The notes below the pieces were generated by a model. It had not been told where the DNA came from. It worked only from the letters and a program-made list of their open reading frames with translations, and made no database searches. Of a stretch of DNA of 64,000 nt, positions 57,454 to 64,000 are shown piece after piece. The position numbers and the translations under genes are program-made. The DNA is from a bacterium (GTDB taxonomy: Bacteria; JAAXHH01), in assembly GCA_965248395.1 (NCBI GenBank), contig OZ252103.1, forward strand, positions 1,486,155-1,550,154. Reading direction: 5' to 3'. Positions within the stretch are counted from its first letter, which is position 1; each line of letters begins with the position of its first letter.

Positions 57454-57525
57454 GTGGTCCGCCTGGTTTGCTCGGCCTCCGGCACCTTGGAATTTGTATC
57501 GATCCGAGGGATAACCGGTCAGTGC

Positions 57526-58326
57526 TTAAAGGGTGACTTCCTCTACGGCCTGCGTACCAGTCTCGTAAGCGGGCCGCCACCGGTCGTGGACCATGGACTC
57601 TTCCTCGGTCAGACCGCACAGCCAGTTCCAGGTGTGGATACGGCGCCTCGTGTCCCGGTAGGATTCCACGCCGCTCGTGTAGGGAGCGGCCGGGCGATCC
57701 CGGTACCCGGGGATTGCTTCCGAATCGATCAGCCAGTCGCGGCGCGGCGGCGTATTTCGGAAGTAGGAGAATTTAACCATGCTGCGGGGTCTGTGATTGA
57801 GCTTCGGACCGGCCCTGTGCCAGATGCCGTACCGGGTAATGGCCACGGTGCCTGCCTTCACGACAAGCGAAAGCTGGCCCGTAAGATCGCCGTAGTGGGC
57901 CAAGGCGTCGCGGTTGACCGCCCGGCAGTGGGAACCGGGCAGGATCATGGTTGGGCCGTCTTCGATCCCCACGTCCTGCGGATAGTAGTAGCACTGGAGT
58001 TCGTTGATCTCGTAACCATGACCGGATATACCGTCCGAATGCCAGTCCTGTCCCGCGACCGGCTCGTTCATGAGGTGGTGATGGCCCCCCGTCGGCATCA
58101 GGAAATTGGGACCGAGCAGCGAACGTATCACGCCCGCCAACCGGGGATGGAGCAGGACTTCGCGGACGAAATCGGGAGAACCGACCAGTTCCTTCGCGGG
58201 GCCTACCTTGACGTTGCGGCACCGCGCGTTGAAATCGGGATCCACCAAGCCTTCGAGCACTGCGTATCCTTTCGCCACGAAATCCATCACGTCCTCGTCG
58301 GTCATCGTCGGTCTGATCTCCGCCAT
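57526..58326 (-). CDS. PhyH-family Fe(II)/2OG dioxygenase
   Basis: GYAVLEG, WHSDG (HxD), ILPGSH, IWHRAG. GAGGAGG RBS. Confidence 0.8.
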   Translation of the reverse strand: MAEIRPTMTDEDVMDFVAKGYAVLEGLVDPDFNARCRNVKVGPAKELVGSPDFVREVLLHPRLAGVIRSLLGPNFLMPTGGHHHLMNEPVAGQDWHSDGISGHGYEINELQCYYYPQDVGIEDGPTMILPGSHCRAVNRDALAHYGDLTGQLSLVVKAGTVAITRYGIWHRAGPKLNHRPRSMVKFSYFRNTPPRRDWLIDSEAIPGYRDRPAAPYTSGVESYRDTRRRIHTWNWLCGLTEEESMVHDRWRPAYETGTQAVEEVTL

Positions 58327-58338
58327 CGCAGCGCCTCC

Positions 58339-58701
58339 TCAGTTCCACTTCTCGAGTATGAAATCGAAACCCACGTAGTCGTTTTCAAGATCATTGTATT
58401 CGTAAAGCTTGGGGATAGGGTACTGCACCACGCGCCACCCTTCGGCAACGGCCTCCAGCACGGAGTCGTAAGGCGGCTCGTCGCCCGGCAGCCTGAGTTC
58501 TGGCCCCTCGCCTGGGACGAACACCGCCCAACCGACGATCCCGGACCGCATATTGGTCGACCGGGCAGTCAGGTACATGATCTTCGGTCGGGGCGGATTT
58601 ACCACCAGGGCCTCAAGTTTATCAAGGTCCCGCGCATCCAGTTCGCCATCTTCAAGTTTCTTACGGCTTTCGGCTATCCATTGCCTGATTTCCGATTGCA
58701 T
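58339..58701 (-). CDS. hypothetical protein (120 aa), first gene of the oxygenase operon
   Basis: Coding-like composition, 12-nt gap to the next gene, no motif recognised. Confidence 0.5.
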   Translation of the reverse strand: MQSEIRQWIAESRKKLEDGELDARDLDKLEALVVNPPRPKIMYLTARSTNMRSGIVGWAVFVPGEGPELRLPGDEPPYDSVLEAVAEGWRVVQYPIPKLYEYNDLENDYVGFDFILEKWN

Positions 58702-58782
58702 ATCACAAGCCCTTGTATATCAGCGTAGTGCCCGGTACCTACGAGTGTAAAGGGTGCGGAGGGTTCGGTGTGCCTGACCGGG

Positions 58783-58812
58783 ATTGTACAGGCGAAACGG
58801 ACACGTTGTCAA
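58783..58812 (-). promoter_or_regulatory. putative promoter of the minus-strand oxygenase operon
   Basis: Minus strand reads TTGACA(58812-58807)-N18-TACAAT(58788-58783). Confidence 0.4.
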
Positions 58813-58860
58813 GCATGATCGAAGTTTGCCCGCTACCGGAATCCGGCATCCGCGGCAGGC

Positions 58861-58889
58861 TTGACAGCAGCGCCGCGGCCCCATATGTT
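58861..58889 (+). promoter_or_regulatory. putative promoter of the divergent PhyH gene
   Basis: TTGACA(58861-58866)-N17-TATGTT(58884-58889). Confidence 0.4.
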
Positions 58890-58923
58890 CCATGGAACTG
58901 AACACGGATTCCAGGATGGCCCA

Positions 58924-59673
58924 ATGTCCGATTTGAAACCCTTGAACGCCCAGCAGATCGCACACTTCAAGCTGAACGGCTACCTGGTGCTGAAGAACGT
59001 GTTCGACGCAGAGACCATCGAGGCCTGGCGGCGGCAGATCTGGCGGAAACTGAACAGTTCCCTGGAGGAACCCGATACCTGGCCCAGGGAAACGAGCGGT
59101 CTCGACGGGTACGAATACGATCCGCCCGAATCGGCCCTTGTGCATCACCCGTGCATGATGGCGATCATCGACCAGCTCAGCGGGGGACACTTCGTAGCCG
59201 GCGATGGCATTCCGATCATTCGGTGGCCCGATCCCGGTAAATCATGGGAAGTGCCCATCACGGGGCATATCGACGCCTACGGGGGACGCTGGCTGCCCTT
59301 CATGATCGGCGCGACCACCTACCTGTACGACGTGGAGCCCGGCGGCGGCGCTCTCATCTACTGGCCGGGAAGCCACCACGCCGCCCACCGGTATTTCCTT
59401 GAGAATCCCTCCCATGTCGATGGGAGCTTCCTGCAGATCGAGGGTTTTTCCTGGGACGTATTTTGTGACAACCCGGCTACCGGCGGCCGGGAGTTTACCG
59501 CGCAGGCCGGCGACGTGGTGCTCTGGCATTCCTACCTGACCCACAACGGATCGGAGAACACCAGCACTTTGCCGCGCTTCGCCCTGTTCGCCCGCTGGAA
59601 CCACGAGAAACACCTGGAGCAGTCCTTCCGATACGAGATTCCCGAGGATCTGTGGAAGTACTGGGCGGTGTGA
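58924..59673 (+). CDS. PhyH-family Fe(II)/2OG dioxygenase
   Basis: NGYLVLKN, GHIDAYG (HxD), YWPGSH, LTHNGS. I prefer the ATG at 58924 over the track start at 58861. Confidence 0.8.
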   Translation: MSDLKPLNAQQIAHFKLNGYLVLKNVFDAETIEAWRRQIWRKLNSSLEEPDTWPRETSGLDGYEYDPPESALVHHPCMMAIIDQLSGGHFVAGDGIPIIRWPDPGKSWEVPITGHIDAYGGRWLPFMIGATTYLYDVEPGGGALIYWPGSHHAAHRYFLENPSHVDGSFLQIEGFSWDVFCDNPATGGREFTAQAGDVVLWHSYLTHNGSENTSTLPRFALFARWNHEKHLEQSFRYEIPEDLWKYWAV

Positions 59674-59771
59674 GCGGGCTAATACCGTGCATGACAAGGG
59701 AATTTCAGAATCTCAAGTTCAAGGTTGTGAACTGTTTCGAATGTTAGTGTTAAGGCGTTATAGGTGAATCC

Positions 59772-61172
59772 ATGAAAGTACGTAAGCTAATTGTCGAGGA
59801 TGTTCGGTGTTTCGCGGGCCGTCAGGAGTTTAACATCCGACCGCTGACCTTCCTGACTGGAGAGAACAGTACTGGTAAAACAACTGTCTTGGGTTCACTA
59901 CAAACGTTGCACGATTTTTTTCGAGGTGCTCCTTCCGGGCTAAACTTCAATTCCGATCCATATCAGATGGGTACTTTTACAAACATAGTTAGAAGATCGA
60001 AGCCCAGGATTCATAGGTTTAAAATCGGTTTTGAAGCGTATTTCACCGAAACAAGTAACGCAGTAGAGTATACACTTACGTTATCAGAGCGAGAAGACGG
60101 CGTTGAGCCGTGTATTGTGAAGCAGGAGGTCTTTACACCAGTTGGCGAGATAGAATTCTCTGGAATAAACAACGAAGAATTCATCAGCCAAACACGGTCG
60201 GAATGGGATTCACCTTTGACATCACGAATGAGAATCAAGGAAGGAAACTCAGAATCTGGAGAATATGACAGGTTTTACTTAAATGTGTCAGATAATTGGT
60301 TACAGTCAGCATTACTATCATTGTTAACTAGATTTAAGACTGGTGTCGATATCAACAGGATTGTATCCGAGAAAGAACCCATAGAAAGTTCTAGATTGCA
60401 AGATGAAGTAGCTTTTGGAAAATTCACAGAACAGTTTACAGATCTGGTCGGATTTGGGACGTACGAAAAACCCAAAAGAATCCGTATTGAACCTCCATGG
60501 ATTTATAGTTTTGCGCCGCTTCGGTCCAAACCACAGCGGACCTACAACCCATTGCGTGAAGACTTATTTCCGGATGGCAGTGACGTGCCAATGATTATGA
60601 TGAATTTGGCGAGAGTAAGAGAGGATATATGGGAATCACTCAGAAGTAGATTAAAGGAATTTGGGAAATCATCCGGATTGTTTACGGATGTTGATGTAAG
60701 AAAACTCGGAGCATCATCGGGTGATCCATTTCAGTTACAGGTAAAGGTAAGGGGCCCTAAGGTTAACATTATTGATGTAGGCTATGGAGTAAATCAGATA
60801 CTACCGATTCTTGTACATATCTTAACAGATCAGGACAACACGGTATTCTTGATGCAACAACCTGAAGTACACTTGCATCCTAAAGCTCAAGCTGAGTTGT
60901 CTTCATTAATCGTTAATTTAATTGAACAAAATGGGAACGAGTTTATTCTTGAAACTCACAGCGATCACATGATAAACCGTGCACGTATCGAAATTATGAA
61001 CCAAAGAATCGCAGCTGAAGATGTCGCACTTATATACTTTGAACCGGTTGGGAACACCGTGAATGTTCACAACATAGCATTTGATGATCAGGCTAATTTG
61101 CTAAATGTACCCAAAGGCTATAGGGATTTTTTCATCAATGAATCGGATAAGCTGCTCGGCTTAGCCAAGTGA
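59772..61172 (+). CDS. ABC-type AAA ATPase (AAA_15/AAA_21-like with DUF3696-like C-terminus)
   Basis: Walker A in FLTGENSTGKTT. C-terminal GYGVNQILPIL, VFLMQQPEVHLHP (Walker B/D-loop) and ILETHSDHMINR (H-loop). Markedly low GC. Confidence 0.85.
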   Translation: MKVRKLIVEDVRCFAGRQEFNIRPLTFLTGENSTGKTTVLGSLQTLHDFFRGAPSGLNFNSDPYQMGTFTNIVRRSKPRIHRFKIGFEAYFTETSNAVEYTLTLSEREDGVEPCIVKQEVFTPVGEIEFSGINNEEFISQTRSEWDSPLTSRMRIKEGNSESGEYDRFYLNVSDNWLQSALLSLLTRFKTGVDINRIVSEKEPIESSRLQDEVAFGKFTEQFTDLVGFGTYEKPKRIRIEPPWIYSFAPLRSKPQRTYNPLREDLFPDGSDVPMIMMNLARVREDIWESLRSRLKEFGKSSGLFTDVDVRKLGASSGDPFQLQVKVRGPKVNIIDVGYGVNQILPILVHILTDQDNTVFLMQQPEVHLHPKAQAELSSLIVNLIEQNGNEFILETHSDHMINRARIEIMNQRIAAEDVALIYFEPVGNTVNVHNIAFDDQANLLNVPKGYRDFFINESDKLLGLAK

Positions 61173-61182
61173 AAGTGGAGAC

Positions 61183-61584
61183 ATGTGTCTTATTTTGGAC
61201 GCCAATAAGTTTAGTGACTACGTAAATCCCGATGATTTAGATATGGAACCAGTAAGAAGGTGGATGAAAAACAGTGGCAAAATGGTTTACTCACCAACAG
61301 AGAAACTAAAGCAGGAATTAGAACGGCACGATAGGATGCGACAGCAGTTTGATCAATACCGCCAAAACGGTAGACTTAGACAAATTCCGGCGCAAGAAGT
61401 TGAAGTGGTTAAAACTAAGATACCCCGGCTGCAGTCTGACGACCCGGATATTATCGCGCTGGCCTGTGTGGCGGGAGTTAAACTGTTAGTTTCAGGTGAT
61501 ACTGACCTGCATGCGGACTTCAAATCAGTTGTTGGAGGGAGCGTGTATCAAACCAGAAACGAGTCTGTAACATGTTTTGTGTAA
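61183..61584 (+). CDS. PIN-like (DUF4411-like) small protein; native C-terminus replaced by IS insertion
   Basis: LILDANKF (D6) and SDDPDIIALACVAGVKLLVSGDTDL (D86-89, D106/D108). GGAG lies in the 10-nt gap after the ATPase stop. The last 8 codons (ESVTCFV*) lie inside the IS left inverted repeat. Confidence 0.65.
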   Translation: MCLILDANKFSDYVNPDDLDMEPVRRWMKNSGKMVYSPTEKLKQELERHDRMRQQFDQYRQNGRLRQIPAQEVEVVKTKIPRLQSDDPDIIALACVAGVKLLVSGDTDLHADFKSVVGGSVYQTRNESVTCFV

Positions 61585-62893
61585 CTGGCAATAGCCTGTA
61601 TCTTGCTCAAAAGGAGGAAGTGCTATGGCCAGAGAAAGAAAACCCCCAGGTAAGATCGACCGTCTTCTCGATGAACTTATGGAAGACGGGGTGGACGCCG
61701 AGGACCTGTTCGGCGAAGACGGCCTGCTCAAGCGCATGAAGAAGCGCATGGCCGAGCGGATCCTGGAAGCCGAGCTCACCGATCATCTCGGCTACGAGAA
61801 GCATGCCCCCGATGGCAGGAACCGCGGCAACAGTCGCAACGGCAAGACCACCAAGACGCTCAAGGACGACAAGGGCGCTCTGCCGGTAGAGATCCCCCGG
61901 GACCGCGAAGGCAGCTTCGATCCGAAGTTGATCCGCAAGTACCAGACGCGTTGGCCCGACTTCGACGACAAGATCATCTCCATGTACGCAAGGGGCATGA
62001 GCACCCGGGATATCCAGGGCCATATCGAAGACCTCTACGGGGTGTCCATCTCGCCCGAATTGGTCTCGCGGATCACCGACGCCGTGACCGACGAGGCCCT
62101 GGCCTGGCAGTCGCGGCCCCTGGATGAGATCTACCCGATCCTGTTCCTGGATGCCCTGTTCGTCAAGATACGTGATAGCGGCAGCGTACGGAACAAGGCG
62201 GTCTACCTGGCCCTGGGCGTTAACCTGCGCGGCGACAAGGAACTCCTGGGGCTCTGGATCGAGCAGAACGAAGGGGCAAAGTTCTGGCTCCACGTACTGA
62301 CCGAACTGAAGAACCGGGGCGTTGCCGATATCTTCATCGCCTGTTGCGACGGCCTCACCGGCTTCCCCCAGGCCATAGAGACGGTGTACCCCAAGGCCCA
62401 GGTGCAGCTCTGCATCGTCCACATGGTGCGTAACAGCCTGACCTACGTCTCCTGGAAGGACCGTAAGCAGGTGGCCAAGGATCTCCGGGCGATATACCAG
62501 GCCGCTACCTTGGAGCAGGCTGAGGCCGCGCTTTATCGCTTTGCCGAACACTGGGATAAGCAATATCCCACGATCAGCCGGCTATGGCGCAGACACTGGG
62601 ACCATCTGACCCCGTTCTTCGCCTTCCCACAGGAGATCAGGAAGGTCATCTACACTACGAATGCCATCGAATCCATGAACCGGGGCCTGCGCAAGATCAT
62701 CAAGACCAGAGGCGCTTTCCCCACGGACGAGGCGGCCAGGAAACTGCTCTATCTGGCCCTGCTCAATCTGTCCCGAAGGTGGACCCGGCCCCTTGTCCAC
62801 TGGACAGCCGCAATCAACCAGTTCATCATCATGTACGAAGACAGAGTGCCCATCACATGAAACTGTCAGTTACACAAAATCCGTGACAGACCC
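61561..62893 (+). mobile_element. IS256-family insertion sequence, intact (1333 bp)
   Basis: Terminal inverted repeats are GAGTCTGTAACATGTTTTGTGTAACTGGCA (61561-61590) and the reverse complement of 62864-62893, GGGTCTGTCACGGATTTTGTGTAACTGACA. They match at 24/30 positions. The 8-bp direct target duplication CCAGAAAC lies at 61553-61560 and 62894-62901. Confidence 0.9.
61625..62860 (+). CDS. IS256-family (Mutator-type) transposase
   Basis: 411 aa. ELTDHLGYEKH, NSRNGKTTKTL, SFDPKLIRKYQ, MYARGMSTRDI, LFLDALFVKIR, CCDGLTGF, CIVHMVRNS and YTTNAIES are hallmark IS256 transposase blocks. Confidence 0.95.
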   Translation: MARERKPPGKIDRLLDELMEDGVDAEDLFGEDGLLKRMKKRMAERILEAELTDHLGYEKHAPDGRNRGNSRNGKTTKTLKDDKGALPVEIPRDREGSFDPKLIRKYQTRWPDFDDKIISMYARGMSTRDIQGHIEDLYGVSISPELVSRITDAVTDEALAWQSRPLDEIYPILFLDALFVKIRDSGSVRNKAVYLALGVNLRGDKELLGLWIEQNEGAKFWLHVLTELKNRGVADIFIACCDGLTGFPQAIETVYPKAQVQLCIVHMVRNSLTYVSWKDRKQVAKDLRAIYQAATLEQAEAALYRFAEHWDKQYPTISRLWRRHWDHLTPFFAFPQEIRKVIYTTNAIESMNRGLRKIIKTRGAFPTDEAARKLLYLALLNLSRRWTRPLVHWTAAINQFIIMYEDRVPIT

Positions 62894-62985
62894 CCAGAAA
62901 CCACAGACGCCTATTAAGACCGGACACCTGCCCCTGAATCCTAAATCGAACATAATCTGAATTCCAACTGAGCTATCATTCCTTC

Positions 62986-63813
62986 ATGCATCGAACCCCC
63001 CGTTACCTCAACGAAGATCAACTGGAGCAATTCTGGTCCGACGGCTACCTGGTGCTGAAAGGCACCTTGGACGCCGCTACCGTGGAAACCGCCCGCAACG
63101 CCATTCTCGACCTGATCCCGCGCGACCTTTCCCTGCCGGACCATTATATCGCGTACTGCGGCAGGATCAAGCCCATGCACACCGACGGAAACCACAGTTT
63201 CTACAGTCCGGCGCTGCTTCCCCTGCTTCAGAACGAAGGGCTCTACCGGGCCGCGGCCGATATCCTCGAGACCGACAATATCCGGGTCGGTGACGGCTCC
63301 GTGGGGATTACCCTGCGGGATACGGGGCGCGAAGGGCGCATTCAGAACCTGCACCTGGACGCGCGGCCGGCAGGACCGGCGGATCTGAACCTTCCATTCC
63401 TTCGCCACGGGATCGGCATTGGCGGCTGTTACTACCTTTCCCCCGTCGAAGAAAACGGCGGCGGCATCCACGTGGTACCCGGCGCGCCGAACAGGGTAAG
63501 GGACATAATGCTCAACGAACCGGACGGACTGTCGCGCAACGACACCTGGACCCATATCGTCGATTTTCCGCCGTCGGTGGAGGTCAAAGGGGACGCGGGC
63601 GACTTCGTGCTCATGCACCACCTGATGCCCCACGCCGCCAGCGCCAATCACCGCAGTGTGCCCAGGGTCGCCTATTTCACCCGCCTGTATCCCCTGGCGG
63701 ACGAAGAGGCCGCGGCAGCCCCGGGACCCGACCGGTCGATGAGCTCCGAGGCACTGGCCATGCTGACGCCGCTGGGCCGCAAGTTGTTCCGTATGGATCC
63801 CTGGATCGAGTAA
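62986..63813 (+). CDS. PhyH-family Fe(II)/2OG dioxygenase
   Basis: DGYLVLKG, LHLDAR (HxD), VVPGAP, MPHAAS. Confidence 0.75.
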   Translation: MHRTPRYLNEDQLEQFWSDGYLVLKGTLDAATVETARNAILDLIPRDLSLPDHYIAYCGRIKPMHTDGNHSFYSPALLPLLQNEGLYRAAADILETDNIRVGDGSVGITLRDTGREGRIQNLHLDARPAGPADLNLPFLRHGIGIGGCYYLSPVEENGGGIHVVPGAPNRVRDIMLNEPDGLSRNDTWTHIVDFPPSVEVKGDAGDFVLMHHLMPHAASANHRSVPRVAYFTRLYPLADEEAAAAPGPDRSMSSEALAMLTPLGRKLFRMDPWIE

Positions 63814-63819
63814 CTTAAA

Positions 63820-64000
63820 GTGCCGCAACCGGAACGGAGGAATTCAATTTCCCCGGAACCACCTCGAAACCGTGGATCATCGGCCGTAACCCTGCGGGCC
63901 GGGATCATCGGTCTCGCGCTCTCCGCCGTGGTGGCCGTCTGGGGACAGTTCGCCGCCGATCACGCGGGGTACAACTACGTCACCTACGCCCACCTGCCCT
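63820..64000 (+). CDS. possible start of a membrane protein (runs off window)
   Basis: Open frame from the GTG at 63820 to the window end encodes ...AGIIGLALSAVVAVWGQFAADH..., one hydrophobic helix. The start and even the reality of the gene are uncertain. Confidence 0.3.
   Translation, partial: MPQPERRNSISPEPPRNRGSSAVTLRAGIIGLALSAVVAVWGQFAADHAGYNYVTYAHLP

Noticed and set aside
59674-59771. Promoter for the ATPase/PIN cassette (TTGTGA ... TAGTGT / TTATAG boxes)
   Set aside because: The spacing between candidate -35 and -10 elements is wrong (14 nt), or the hexamers are poor. The region is AT-rich, so chance matches are expected. I left it uncalled.

Overview
High-GC (~60%) bacterial chromosomal segment, probably from an uncultured organism. 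A DUF4835-like gene weakly hints at the FCB group; this is inference only. Gene density is high. Housekeeping anchors are rho with a long leader, thyX, rnhC, an initiator tRNA-fMet and two cyclophilin PPIases. The accessory metabolism is very rich in oxygenases and oxidoreductases. I count seven PhyH-type Fe(II)/2OG dioxygenase paralogs, several cupins, two LLM monooxygenases, two HpcH aldolases, an Ldh_2 oxidoreductase, two SDRs and a Gfo/Idh/MocA oxidoreductase. There are also an enolase-superfamily enzyme, a TPP enzyme, a sulfite-oxidase-like Moco enzyme and a PhoX-like phosphatase. A GH51 arabinofuranosidase sits next to two paralogous solute-binding proteins and two permeases. Two ABC loci are incomplete: Opp-like permeases only, and a TupBC-like pair without a binding protein. 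Three islets with lower GC interrupt this background: (i) higBA at 13.9-14.5 kb; (ii) Phd/VapC plus an HTH-fused beta-class DNA methyltransferase at 43.6-45.6 kb; (iii) a strongly low-GC two-gene cassette at 59.7-61.6 kb encoding an ABC-type AAA ATPase and a small PIN-like protein. An intact IS256-family element with an 8-bp target duplication has landed in the 3' end of the PIN gene. The ATPase+PIN cassette is my best candidate for an undescribed defence-type system. Two further unusual genes are a SAM-methyltransferase/unknown/HNH fusion (50.5-52.2 kb) and a ~1,530-aa lipoprotein fusing a PA/M28-like domain with substituted metal ligands to a MacB/FtsX permease (38.4-43.0 kb). All functional calls rest on by-eye motif recognition in the supplied translations. 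No database search was run.
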